Positions 24,101 through 37,528 of a DNA stretch of 37,817 nt are shown here, in pieces. This stretch comes from Catajapyx aquilonaris (lineage: Eukaryota), in contig KZ538213.1 of NCBI GenBank assembly GCA_000934665.2, positions 62,001-99,817 of the forward strand. Direction: 5' to 3'. Position numbers and translations under genes: made by a program. The notes under the pieces are model-generated. The model had not been told where the DNA came from and did no database searches. It saw only the letters and a list, made by a program, of their open reading frames with translations. The stretch's first letter is position 1; every line of letters starts with the position of its first letter.

Positions 24101-26221
24101 ACTTTGGCCCATTTCCCAATTTGGACGTAGTATGCCATTACCAGTTGACGCATAGGCACACTCTCAGGAAGAAAGTAGTACTACATGCACGTTGGTGATG
24201 AGTCACTGAGCGGACAAAGTCCACCAGGGCGTCTCTGTCCTCTAAATTGAATGGGGAAAGTAAAAGCTATGGTACTTAATTGTATGTGGGGTATATGGAT
24301 ACCTGCCATTTTGTATACAAAATTTTCTGATTGTTTTGCAGGTTTTGGTGATGCCGTGGTGTGGCGGATGCATCCATGCTGTCTGCCCCTGGACGCCGCC
24401 GTCTTCGTGCCAAGCTGAGACACGTTGTGCGCACCACCATGCTATGTTGCGGCCGGAGAAAGGTAAAAGATCATACACCATTACAACATATGCTGCATGC
24501 AACGTATGGCGGCCATAATTTTGCTCATGAGTTTAAATTGCTCGTAGCGCTGGACTCTTCCCCTCGTACACACTTTGTTTGCTTATAAAGTTATCGCAGA
24601 GCTGCAAGGACTACCCGGTGATGTCACAGCCACTACATGTCGTGGAGTGTATAATATTGGGGCACAAGCTGACAATGGCTCGGGATCAATATTATGAGCG
24701 TGTGTAGAGCCTGGGAGCGGTTATTCATACGTGATAGAAAATGGAGAGGGGGGGGGGTTAAAAAGTGTGCTGGAGGGTGAGGGATAATCAAGACTGCAAC
24801 TTAAAATGACAAACATGTGGGAAATTACGTGAATGGTTAAAATTGTCGCCCGATAATGACACACGCAGGGATTTTCATTGAGTGGATCTTGCTCCCCTCC
24901 CATTTGACCAGGGGTATTTATAAATGTGATTGATCTGTAGGTTCAATTTGAGCCATGTTAAACATCCCGCAATGAGAAGTACACATAACGTGTGTTTTAT
25001 GCCGTAATTATCGGTTTGCATTAAAGGGGAGAGAGTTTTTCATTCGGGATGTGGACCGACAAGTCCGCAATTCAGTATATAGGTAAAGTGCAGCAAGTAC
25101 ATTCAAGGGTAATATTCTTCTGTGTCTTGCTGACACCTACGCCTCTTGAGCATGTACAGCAGTTGACGTAATTTTGAAGAGGACAACCCTCCGCTTTTGT
25201 TTTCTTACTCAGTGGAAATGAAGTTGTAAAGGCCCCATGGTTAGTGGCAGTTGAGCACGAATTATTGCATAGTGGGGAATCTAGGCGCCCAGTTTTGAGG
25301 ACATTGCCCGGTGGTGTTATTGGTGCAGGGCGCTTATTCCGCTGGTCGTCGCTTTTGAAACGGATCCAGCCAGTCCAGTTAGGGCCGAGTGTCAACTCCA
25401 AGTGCCATGGAGGCTACAAAAGGCAGCAATGTTGTTATCGCTGAAGAGACTTGCTCTTTTATATATATATTTTTTTTTTCTTCTTCTTGGAGGGAACGAG
25501 GGGGTGGCAAGGAGGAATGACAAAAAATACAAGGGGGAGGTGTTTTTTTTGCGGAGAAGTTGAATCAATTCCGTAGCCTGAGAAGCAGGAGACGATTTTT
25601 CTCTTCTCTCACTTCCGGATTGTGAAGCCTTTACTATGCTCTGCAGCGCGTTTTTTGGGTGGCGGAGACCGAACCGGAGCTGAATTGAGATGAGTTGATG
25701 AAATCGGCCGGTAAATAAGTTGCGACATACGTCCAAGCACTGCACAGTGGACATTCGACTTTATATAAAATATCACTGACAATGCCATTTTTCAAAAGAA
25801 AAATCACAAATGTTACTTTCACTCTAATAATTGAATCAGTAAGTTAAAAAATCACTCAACAGAAGTGCACGATAAAATAGAACCACTCAAAATAATTCCG
25901 AGAGTGCGCAGTGTTGCAACATTAGTGCTGATCGTCTCTCCATGATGCAATAGCACAAGAGATTCAAGGGGGGTAGTGTTATGCCATCCCTGTGAAAGTG
26001 AGCCAGGCCTGTGTGTGAATATTTCATAGTTGGAGATATTTCTGGGGAGGATGTGCTAAATATTAGAAGCACAGCAGGAGCGTCGAGCAGGCTGCAGGGT
26101 TTTGCAATGGAACTGGTTTTAAGCTCTGCACTGTTGGCACCCTCCGTAATATTCATTCCGAGTGTGTCGAGCCCCCATGTTTGAAGAGACGATGGGCGTT
26201 CAAGAGTTGCCAGGTTTTGAA

Positions 26222-26248
26222 AAAGAAAGAAAGAAAGAAAGAAAGAAA
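26222..26248. repeat. (AAAG)n microsatellite
   Basis: aaagaaagaaagaaagaaagaaagaaa read directly. Confidence 0.85.
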
Positions 26249-26967
26249 AAGAAGTCGACCAATCTCTTTTCCTGCTGATGTCACGACTTTCCTTGCTGTC
26301 CTAGCTCAATTAGATAATGACACCCAGAGACTGTAGTGGACACGCGGAAAAATCACTCTTGTTTGGAGAGGACAGCGAAGGGGGGTGAAAAAAAAGAAGT
26401 TTAGGCCTCGCGTCGACTTGTATTTCGAAAAGTGTCATGTGATCGATCAGCATCTGGTCTCTCAGAGAGAGAGTACAAGTGCACAGGGTTTTGGGTTGGG
26501 GTGAGGTTGAGGGTGGTGGGTAGGGGGGGATTTTGGTCCCCGGATTGATCGAACCCCCGAAAAGCCGGGGTGGGGTTGAAGGGACGTGGGTTGCGAATTC
26601 GAGCCCACAGATGGCAGAGGACGGTTGGAAACTGGGGAAGGTTTTAGAGGAGGTGGTGGTGGAGGACCGGGGGGTGGTTGGAGTTGGAGATCAAAAGAGC
26701 CGGCTTCCGATGAGCAGAGACATCTGGTTGGGATGCGGAGGAATTTGTTGGAGAATGCGGCTAGCAGGTGAAAATGTCTGGAGGGGTGATGTTCAGCTAC
26801 GTGGAAACTGACACAAATTGTTTGCTGGCTATGTCTGATTAATTCGTCAGCCGGAGTTCCCTTGGTAGAGAGTCTAGGGAGCAAAGTATTGGGGATGGAT
26901 ATGCCATTAGCGAATCTGGAGGTGATAATTTATATATAATCTTATCAAAATATTAATGTAATTAATA

Positions 26968-27449
26968 CAGTTGACTCCAGATATGACGGCCTCGGTTATA
27001 ACGGACTCCGGTCCCATAAGACCCTGTGTATTTTCACTCCCGAAATAACAGGCTCACCTCGGGTGTAAGAGACCCCTCCTTGGCCCTGGAAAATATGCTG
27101 TTTTTCACTATTAAACTTCCGTTCCCACTTAGAAGGAAGGCAGAGAATGCGGGGAGATATTTTTGCATCTGTCACTTAAGGTACTCAAAATAATACCTTT
27201 TCCTAGTAGCTATATTTGGCAAAAAGGAGACTACAGAAGAAAATTGCGGATTTGTCTTGGTCCTGCCAAATCAAGGGTGGACTAATTTGCATTTTTGTGG
27301 ATAGTTTTATTAATAAATGCAGTAGTGTGCATTATAAGCATAGAACTTGTGTATTCGTTGCAAAAGTGGCGATTTGGCTATAACAGATTTGGGGTTATAA
27401 CATACGTTTTTCGCGGTCTCTTGCAGTCTGTTATATCCGGAGTCAACTG
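26968..27449. mobile_element. Non-autonomous DNA transposon (MITE), Tc1/mariner superfamily, pogo/Tigger-like ends, 482 bp
   Basis: Left end TA|CAGTTGACTCCAGATATGACGG; right end reverse-complemented TA|CAGTTGACTCCGGATATAACAG (19/22 identical). TA dinucleotides at 26966-26967 and 27450-27451 fit a TA target-site duplication. Subterminal (T/C)TATAAC repeats occur near both ends and there is no transposase ORF. Confidence 0.85.
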
Positions 27450-27981
27450 TAATATCTGATAATAATCACAGAAAAAATGTTCTCAGTGAAAAAAAAATCA
27501 TGTTGAATGTAGAATGGTAACATTTTTCCAACCAGTCATACTTTTTTCTTTATCGATGACAATAATTAGCTAGCCGATGAAGTGCTACTGTTTCTATAAT
27601 GACAAATCTATAACTCTCCGATAAAAAGAAACTGCAGAGCGTCATTGCCCGTTTTTTTATATATATAAAGATCCATTAGTAAGTAATGATCTAGGGACTG
27701 CAAAAAAAAAGTAAAGTTTCAACCCATGGTGCCGCAAAAATGATACATGAGTGCCACCATTTCTATAAAGTTTTCAAACTTTTTCTGCTCCATCCTCTTT
27801 CTCTCTCAGTGGTTCTCCTCCCCCCCCCCNTCTTCCGATGGTAATTTCCCGTGTCGTTCAAACGGGAAGTCGATGATGTACGGAAGAAGCACAAAATAAA
27901 CCCACCCGGACGATGAGGCTGTAAAAATTGCTCGGGACATAATTTACTCGTAAAACTAGGTGGCAAGGGATAATGAGGAGG

Positions 27982-28099
27982 AGGGGTAAAAAAAAGGGGG
28001 GGGGGGAGGCTAACGAGTTTGGGAGTTTGGCCGAGTTTTNAGGGGTAAAAAAAAGGGGGGGGGGGGAGGCTAACGAGTTTGGGAGTTTGGCCGAGTTTT
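27982..28099. other. Assembly artefact: about 58-bp direct duplication joined by a single N
   Basis: 27982-28039 and 28041-28099 are identical except for poly-G length and are separated by n at 28040, typical of an unmerged contig overlap. Confidence 0.85.
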
Positions 28100-31000
28100 A
28101 AGGAACTGAGACCTAGGCTAATGTTGCAATCTGTACTGGTTTAACAGTATTCGCGAGGTCGCCCCCACGGAATTTTGTGCCACTTATTCCTGTGTTTTGT
28201 CTCGGAATGACTTACCGGTATTTAATATATTCCTTAATCATCTGAAGCTTTAATAATTCCCATTGGATTTAATGTTGGGTAAGATTACTAGTTATTACAA
28301 TGCACACTGCTATTGTTACAGTTTTCAGGCAAAAGTAAAACCAAAAGGAGAAAACTTATAATATTCAGAAAATCTCTTTATACTGTATAAAGCAGAAAGT
28401 TTGTCTGTATATGTTGGGCTACTCAGGTCACTGTCGAAGTACTGGGAGTGCTGAAACTTTGGCACACTGATGTCTTGCGTGCCCCTGATTGAGGGAAAAT
28501 ACCTAAACTGTACTTTTTGAGTATATAAATATATCCAATAAATAAAAGAGAATTGTTAAGTCTATCAGCCTGTCAGATGTAATCGTTTTTATTTCAAGTA
28601 CAAGCCAAGCTATAGTTATTTATAACATTGATTTCATACAACTGGGTATAGGATGAAACGTTTTTTTGCAAACACTCATAGTGGTGACTACTATAACCAA
28701 AATTGTCATTACCTGCTGATAGCAATATTTTGGCGTCCTATTAGCGTAGTTATGGTTGCCCCTCCCCAAAATTAGGCAGGATCGAAGAGATTCCCCCCCC
28801 CCCCCCCCCACCAATTCCCAGCCTTCACTTGGCGCACTTTCTGGTTCTCGTCCCACGATCAATCGGATGGGTATTTGGCGGGGGCCTTAGTGTGCCATTG
28901 GTCGTTTGTCTTGCGTAAATCAATACTCCATTTATCGTGAGGGGAGTGGAGTAGGATGGAGCAGAGGGGAGGGGGGAGAGGAGAAGAGGGAGGGTGGGAA
29001 TGGTGGAGTTTGGGAAGGGGTGGGGGGGAGGGTTTCTCTCTAGTAAGAGCTGGAGGACATTGGACCCCCTGCCGACTCTCTCACCTAGGAAAAGCCAACT
29101 GATGTGCTTACACATTAAGATTAATGGCGGCTTTCTTATCAAATATTCCGCCCTTTTTTTTTGCTTGGTCCGCCTCCATGTGAAATGCTGAATTTTTTTT
29201 TCTTCCAATTTTGTTAGCGCGTGTCACTATAACAAGGCAAATGTTTCATGCATGATGGGACAGCATAAAAATAAGGGTTTTCTAGAAATCGCGTAGTTTA
29301 TACAGTTTGTATAGATCTGACATGTGGAAAATCAGTCCCGACGATGCAAGTTTGAAGATCCAATCATTTTCTGTATAGGGAGCAGTAATTGCTTAATCAG
29401 AGAAATTACCTGCTCATTAGAAAGTAGGATTTATGAAATTTTGATCTAAATGTCACTCGGATTGCTCTGTGTTTCAGCAGGTCTTCATAATTATATACGC
29501 GTACGTGCACCTGAATGCAAAGTACTGCAATTATATTAGTTGTGATTTTACAGATCGGTGTTATGACCAAAAATATGTTATCCGATTCTTCCTGAGAAAA
29601 CTTGATTATTTTCACTGTTGGAGCAGAATATTTATACTGCATAAAGTACGATGAAACTACTGTGCACATCAATGCGATTTTCACTCTGTTCCGGAAATGA
29701 TAAACAAATCAGCAACCGGTTTTTCAGTGGCTTTTTTGACAAAAAAAAATACACCGCCTATACCATGCTCGACATTTAAAAATCAGTATTTACCACAAAT
29801 ATTATTACAATAATGTGTGTATCATACCATGGTATTTGCCAATTTGTACAAATATAAATTCCCTCTTTTCATAATGATATGTCGAGCATTTAATGTATAC
29901 CTACTGATTGGTGCAGTAAATACTAATAACCTCAAAATAATACATACTATGAATTAAATCATATAAATAATTTACATCACTAAAATAACAGTAAATGACT
30001 TAATCTATCTAATATAACAGTAGGGCTACTGTACCACAAAAAATTTGCATCATATCCATTGCAACAAATCTAGATTACAAGTAAAGCTATGTCTTTATTG
30101 AAGCATTCTTTTAGCTGTAATAGACATAAATTCTGCATGTGTACACCCTTGAGCAAATACAGGTTAATGAGTGCGCAATTTCTCATTAATTCTAATTTAT
30201 CACTAATATTTTAATCACAAAACCAAGGAGGTTCCTCTTATCTGTTATAGCGGTTTTAATATGAAGCACTTTGATATCTACAAAATTATCACCATTTAGC
30301 TATAGCCTACATCATCAGCTGCTCAATGTCAGATTCAAAGCCATCGAGATCTGTGATCCTGAGTTTGAACGGAGGGAATTTTCTATCTGGGCGTTTCGTA
30401 ATAATTGCGTTAGGTTTTAGGGGGCACTTCAGTCATCAACATCGGAGGGATGATGCAGCTAATAACTCTAAGTAACAATGGCCATATAAGGCAGCCTTGA
30501 AGCACCTTTCATCCTCCACTTGGATAGCTGGAGAAAAAAAGGGGCAGCAGACGACGACAGCGCTCAGGGGCAGAAAATCTACTTTGCACTGTCACTAGCA
30601 GTGATTTTGTTTGAATTTGACTGAGTCCACAAGTGGAGTTGACCCTGTTTGTTTTCCGAGTTTCAAAGGGGAAGGGGGTGGAGGAGAGAAGGAAAAGGAA
30701 AGGAAGGAATGGTGGTGGTGGTGGTGGGTGTCCTGCACTCCACAATACACATCCTAAAAGTCTGAATTTCTGCCTACCGAAGCGTTTTCTGCTGGAGCGT
30801 CGCCTGCTGGATGCTGCTGCTGGGGGNNNNNNNGGGGGGGAGAAGAGAGAGAAAAGCAGAGCCCCGAGAAAAGTTGTGGGCGAATCCGTTTGAGAGGAAG
30901 TTTAATAATGCAATCTGTGCTGGGTTTGGACGGACCAAAGTGTACGTGGGGAGCATTTGAGGCCCCAAAGTGACTTAGAGTAACCCCCCTTCCTTGCCAG

Positions 31001-32385
31001 AGGTCCATCTGCCTTCGCCATGACAGATAAGCAAACCCTTTCGATGGTTAAGGCCCAGGCACAGTACGTCAATAATAAATGGCCTGGGATGCCTGCCAAA
31101 GACCACTTACAACCCACCGATTTATGACGAATAAAGATAGACCGACCAAGTGCGTCGGATGGGAGACAAACTGATATTTCATGCTTTATAATTTCGACGT
31201 AAAATCAGAATTCACCTGCTGGTGCAAATTGGCGAGTTTTTGCATTGCACAATTATTGAGCAACTGTGGTTTCAAATCACATTACGGTTGGGTTCTTTTC
31301 GATAAACACCGGTTGTACAGTATTAACGCGTAATGGAAACGTTTTTTGCCATATTAGCACCTACATGACTAATTAAAATGCAGAACGATCATACTCATAT
31401 TTGGCTGATTCGTCTGTAGAAGTGCCTTACCCCCCTTTATATACGGAAGTTTCCGATTGTAAAACAAAACATGGACATGAAGAGAAGCGGAAGAAATGGG
31501 AGAAAACTTAGTATTCTGATCATGTTGATTCGCTTCCGTTAGCTTGAGAACGTTGGACGAGTACACAATGAGGGGAAAAGGACACGGGTACGTTATTTAG
31601 AAAGAGAGACAGAAAAAGAGGCTTCAGACATCTTTTCCAATTCGAACCGAAATTCCTTCCACTTTTTTCTTCTTCTTCTTCTCTCTCTCTCTCTTTCCCC
31701 TCCTCCTTCTATATCTTTTCTGGCCTCTTCTTCGTCTCCTGTGAGTCCGAATGAAAGGTGATGAGAAGATTGGAAACGTGGGATCCACCTTTGGCCGCCG
31801 CCATGTCATTTATTTGTGGGGTCAGGTGGGGCGTGACCAGGAAAAGGGAGACTCGGATTTTTTTTGAGAGTCCATCAAACTGCTGGATTTGTCCACTCCA
31901 AGTCATCTTTAAAAAAAATGGCTCCAAGTTGGTCTTCTAAATAACAACCTGATAGGTTTTTTTGTCATCATTTCTTCAGTCCCTTTGCTAGTGCTCTTAG
32001 ACATCTTCCTCCCCAACCTATATACCCAAGTCCCCTAATTTAATCGATGGTGGAACACTGTAGAAATCAGGATTGGAAGCCCGCCTTTTACACCCGGGTT
32101 TTCCACAAGTCTTGTGTTGGACGGTTCCCTTGGAAACCGGATCGTTGCCTTGCGAAGGGTTAAGAAAGGGTCTATTTTCTTATATGCCCCCCCAACCCAT
32201 TTCCACGTTTCCGCATTTTCAGACCATGGGAAATCCCCACATGCGTTTTCATTCATCACCATTTTTTTTTTGTTGCTTACACGTGCATCGCCACATACAC
32301 AAAAAGAGGGGTTCATTATTCATCCTTACATGCAGCATGATCTTGGGTCGATATACTGCTAGTGTATGTGTCTCTAGTGCGGCCA

Positions 32386-32419
32386 NNNNNNNNNNNNNNN
32401 NNNNNNNNNNNNNNNNNNN
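32386..32419. other. Assembly gap (34 N) next to a poly-G run
   Basis: The N run is followed directly by poly-G. The other Ns (6249, 27830, 28040, 30827-30833) also lie at or near G/C homopolymers. Confidence 0.95.
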
Positions 32420-35400
32420 GGGGGGGGGGGGTGACCATTCACGAAACGAAGCCAGACACGCGATGGTTCCTCCCTCCGCCAAAAAACAAATTACTCAAGC
32501 CTTTGGAACCTGTGTGACACACCCCATAAATGCAGGAAAATGTCAATACCTATCGATTTAAAAAAAATACTATCCCTGTTTGCTCATAACTCTCCCCCTT
32601 TCCAACATTGCGTGATAGATTTTTATGTAACAGATGAAAGTGCTGGTTGGGTAAGGTCGGGTTGGATGTACCCGCAGGTTTGTTGTTGTGTGATTGTGCG
32701 TATATATGGGCTCTCTCCCTTAAAGAACTAATTGTGCAATGGTTGTATCGAGCGGCTACTGCAGTAGTGTGGGCTCGTACTCATTACTGCGCAGAATGGA
32801 GTGCTCTGAAAACAGTGGCCGCTGGGCTGAATCAATTGGGAAAGCCCTGCATCATTGTGCCTCTGCCAGTGTACGAAGGACCAAGAGGAATGGACGGTGG
32901 AAAAAAATATGCTGGAAGGCTAATTTATGAGCATCGGATGTTACCATGTCAATTCCAAGGGAGTTGTGTCACGACGGGGAAGAAAGAGTGTTCAGAAGTT
33001 GGCCCCTAATTGTAAAATTTGATGATTAGACATGGCTGGCAACTATTTATTATCAGGCACGATATATTTAACAACAAAAAAAGCTGGCCAATTAAAAATT
33101 ATGGAAGACTCCAGGCACTCAGTGTCGTTGTTTTAAGTTGGTCTTGTTAGCGGCACAAGTTTGACTTTTAAGAAAGTTTTTTTTTGGTATGAGAAAAATT
33201 TTGCTGCAAAATGAAGGTAACATCTCGAGCCTTGAGGGATCCGGAGCTCAAGGTGTGTCTCGTCTGGCAGAAAGATCTCTTTTATAAGGCAAGCACCGTA
33301 AATTCATCCCAGAAGAGGAGTCGGGCTAGAACAAAATTTATGGTCTTAGGCAGATAGGCTCTACCTTCCCCATAGTGACCATAGCTCCTAGTTAGGAAGG
33401 TATCAGAAAAGGGCATTAAAATTCAGTACATGCTAAGGAGATACTTGGCCCTAATGAAAGACTTGCGCTGGTAAAGAAGTAATTGCAGCAAAGGTATTTG
33501 GTATGAGTGGCCAGCTGTTGTGATGCAGGAAGCAGTCAGAAACCGGGCCCAGGAAAAAAATGGGTTTTAAAGTCAAGCCTTTATGGTTCTAGGATCGAGC
33601 CTCAGCTGCTTGCCTTGTGGACGCGCCTCCTAATCGCTGTTGAGGACCCCCCAACGATTTTCGCCAAATTAATCCTTGCTCGGTGGTGGTTCTCCCCTGG
33701 GAGGAACACTACTCCCGACTATTTCTCACACCCGGATCATTATTTTGGACGGTGGTTAAACTAGCAGTTGAAACTACTGGCGGATTAATCAGGCTGGATG
33801 TTTCACGCACTCTGCTTGATCACAACTGCGGGGCAGTTATGAAATGGCTGACCAATTTATGCAAATTGAGGTTTCTATTTGTTAATGGAAAATACGGCTG
33901 GTAGTACTCTATATATAGTCTAATGGCGGACTTGCTCTTGATAATTTTAAAAATAATGTAAGAAGGATTTGAAAGGATACTGTACCAAGTGCTTCTTCAG
34001 TTCGTTGGCCTTTTCCCCCCAGATGAAGCCTTACAGTGCACCCTGCGTTGGTGTATTTTCCCATGAGAGTCTGACTTTTTGTTGCATCACAAGAGACGGG
34101 AAAAACCGACATCAACTTCATCTCCAACTTCACTCAACTTCAAATATTATCTGGAGCTGGAAAAACCACCCACTGCAGCAATGTTGTGCATCACCCGATA
34201 ATATTACTAAGCAATATTTTCATTTCACAGCTCCTGGTTGCATGAACGTTAATTAAGAACATTCTAATGAATAATTTGGAGTGTTTCTTATGCACAGTAG
34301 GCGTTTTGTCGTAGCTCGTAGCGAGCGAGGAAATAATAGAGGTTAAGTGTCTGTGTGTTTCGTAATGATAACAACCGGTGGCTGTAGCCCCTTTTTTGTG
34401 AGCGTATAGGACCTAGTGTCAGGCCCTTTGGTGGTGTTTACACGGTACAGTAACGTAGGGGAAAGGACGGTTCACAAAAGCATCAAGTATAGTGCCAAAG
34501 AGGTGCTGTTTGTATCGCAATTTTGTGCGCAAACATGATGGGCGTATGTATGCATTGTTAGAGCAAGCACCACTGTTAGCAAAACAACTTACCCTTGCAT
34601 TTGGCCCATAGGTCCCTTTTACATGCAGTGCGATGATTCCCTTCTACCGCACCGGCAACCTTAATCTACTCAACAGTGTAAATGTTTGTCTTTCTTTTTC
34701 ACTGCCCCCCCCCCCCTTCAACTTGTCCTGTAATTACATAACATATGTTGTTGATCTTACCATTGATTAGAACACTGTGATGTTTGCAGAAATACCAAGC
34801 CGGGTTAAAAACCAGGAGTCTCAGGAAACGGCTGTTAAAATACATGCCAAAAGTTGGGGGCGTCACATGTATACCTTATAACGCTTTGTTAGGCCCAGTT
34901 TTGCGCACACACGCACAAACACAGGGTGTTCCGTAACAATACCACCAAACTTCCTAGGCAGCTCCGGTCATTTACTTTCCGCCGCGTTGTTTCTGAGATA
35001 ATTAGCATTAAACTGCAAACTGAATTAGTAGCAGATACAGCCTGATATTACTGCTAATCAAATCGTAATAGTTGGCTGCATTTTTGACATGAGATTAAAT
35101 ACCTTGTGCGGTAACAAATAAGCGTCGGAAGCCTCTAGTCTCCAGAACAACTTTGAACACTGTTCACCACCAATATTAAACGCTTTTGTTGAGCCCATTG
35201 ACTTCCTGCTATCTGGTGGCCAGACTGTCGCAAAATCCTCGGTTTTTGCAAAACACAATGATGGAGCTCCTTCCCCTCCCTGTGAGTAATAATTATTGAT
35301 ATAGGGCATTGGTGAGGGGGTGGGGGGACCCTTAGTTGGCGTGCATGCAGTTGACCAACCTGGAAATGGAAAGTGCATCGGGATAGCATGTCTGAAGCTT

Positions 35401-36182
35401 GGATATAGAGAGAGGGGGAGACCAGGTGGAGGGTTTGGTGGAAAAGCCAAATGGCCACCTTTAGATTTCCTATCGATAAGTGGGGGGCTAACTAAAAGGG
35501 GCAGCTTTTCACTTATTAGGCACGATTCCGTCGTTTTTGTTTGTTTTTTTATATATATAAAAGGGGAAGGCCCGGTCCCTGGAAGAATTTCAGGTGCCTG
35601 ATTACATTTTAGGCCTCGTCCACCAGATTTATTTGAAGTGAGAGGAGATTAAGGGGCATTACCGACCGGTTTTATGCCTCCGTTTGGAAGGCACGAACCT
35701 TTTTACTTGGCGCGATGATTTATGCCCCTGGATGAACGGAGTATGACCCCCTAACATGATCAACTGTTGATCGCAGAATCATATTTTCGTATTTTAGTAG
35801 TGCGTGTCATCACAAGACATATCACTAAATATTAGATAAGCAAGCTCCGTCTATTTGTCCAGTGATGAACCTTGGCAGGAGGTGCCCAACGACGTCTCTG
35901 GATCTCTCCATTGCTATTTCATGTTCACAAATAAGGTATCAAAGACCGATTGTACACTCGGGTGGGTCACGAACAGCCATCAACTTCATCATATGTAATA
36001 TCGACTGGGGATTTAACCTATATCCCACGCACTCGCCTTGACCATGAAGCCCCCCAAAAAAACTGCTGCGCGCACCAAAAATATCGTCATTACATGCCAA
36101 AATTCCATTCCGAGTCTCTTCAAAATTGACTTCACTAGCTTCATATCACGAGCACGATTCGATGGTCGGCGCCCCAAGTCTG

Positions 36183-36192
36183 GTGACGTCAC
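36183..36192. promoter_or_regulatory. Second CRE/ATF palindrome GTGACGTCAC
   Basis: Exact TGACGTCA at 36184-36191 with the same 10-bp palindromic extension. Function not shown. Confidence 0.3.
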
Positions 36193-37412
36193 TATACTTT
36201 ACTGTACTTCCCCATGAGCCAAAAGCCCAAGAGCAAAAGCCCAGTACTAGATCGACTCTTGGACTGGCAGCTTGGAACCTTCCGAAGTGACCATGGATCT
36301 GTGGCCTTTGCTAATTGCCTTTGCAAGAGATGAAAGGTTCGATTGCGACCAGAGTGTTCGTGCCTTGAACTAATGAAACGTGCTTTGGGATTCGCCCAAC
36401 GGTGTGTGTCCGAAGATGAGGAGGTGGGTCCCCTTTTTTTGGAGGGTGGGCCAACCCTGTGGTGGCGGATCCTCCGTTATATGTTGTGTTGTGCACCCCA
36501 ATACATGGGTCTTATCCCGCAACAGGTAGGAACACAGCTATTTTTTTCCTGTCCTGTATATGTTGGGCCAAACAAGCCCCAAAAGTCCCTTGACATTCGC
36601 AGGGGGGGTTATACACATACAACGTTCAATCAATAACTGCGAAACCCGAAATTCATCATTGTGTCACGCAGCCTGGCGGTGTATTAATGAGATAGTAATT
36701 AAAAGGCGCACCTACTTGATTACAGTGTGGCTATTATGAAAAATAGACCCTATGTTTGTATGGGTCGCGCGTTATGAAAATCCATTATAGCTACTGCTGG
36801 ATAGAGGAGGAGCATTTCCCCCCCTCTTTTCTTTTCTTTCTATTTTATTCGGCTTCAAAGACGTGGCCTGCTGTACTGGTGCTGAAGGGGGATAGGCCCC
36901 CAGATTTCCATTGCCGGCATCTCTAATCCCCGCAACACTGACAAATGTTGTGAGAGAAACTTGTGCAAATCCCAAAAGTAACAAATTGCTTATTCCACTT
37001 GGCTTCATCGCGGCCGGAATGGTCCATTTGCAGCAATAATTGCCGCAAAGCAACGCGCTGAACTGATTAACCATTGCCCCTTCTGAATTAAGCAATTCCA
37101 ACCTTCTTTTTTTTTTTAAACCTCCTTACCACTTCTTGATTGTACCCAACGATAACAGAAAAAAAGTAATCGCCTTAAAAAAAAAAAAAGAGTCAACTCG
37201 AGACCGGAATTCCACGGAACCGGAATTCGGCAGAAATAAGAACGTGACTAGGTTACCAACCAGGTCTTATGTAAATGACGGTTATTTTCTTGCCTACTAA
37301 TTGCGTATGGATTTTTTTAAGGAAGGAAAAAGTCACTGCTCTATTCCGTAAAAAAAAAAAAACACCTAGCTTTCCTCCATTATTTGACATGCATCGATAG
37401 TTCCGTCCACGA

Positions 37413-37528
37413 TGTGTCGATATATCGATATTAATATGTGGCATGTCGATATATCGATAGTAATGGGTGACATGTAGCTATATCGATAGTAATGGGTTGC
37501 GTGTAGATATATCGATATTAATGGGTGA
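37413..37528. repeat. Minisatellite, 4 x 29 bp, each unit containing TATCGATA (DRE motif)
   Basis: Units: tgtgtcgataTATCGATAttaatatgtgg / catgtcgataTATCGATAgtaatgggtga / catgtagctaTATCGATAgtaatgggttg / cgtgtagataTATCGATAttaatgggtga. TATCGATA starts at 37423, 37452, 37481 and 37510, exactly 29 bp apart. Confidence 0.9.

Noticed and set aside
27982..28099. About 58-bp direct repeat pair
   Set aside because: The copies are joined by a single N and differ only in poly-G length; this is an unmerged contig overlap, not a biological duplication.
34147..34170. LSGAGKTT, resembling a Walker A motif, in an unlisted plus-strand frame
   Set aside because: It lacks the first Gly of GxxxxGKT (Ile instead), the frame closes soon after, and the surrounding residues and splice signals do not support an NTPase exon.
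36772..37008. Minus-strand MKPSGISNLLLLGFAQVSLTTFVSVAG..., a possible signal-peptide ORF downstream of the DRE array
   Set aside because: The hydrophobic stretch is marginal, the remainder runs into low-complexity purine tracts, and I found no supporting splice or polyA arrangement; it cannot be supported without transcript data.
37413..37528. 29-bp repeats with a palindromic core as a possible CRISPR array
   Set aside because: The units are head-to-tail with no unique spacers, there are no cas genes, and the context is eukaryotic (spliceosomal introns).
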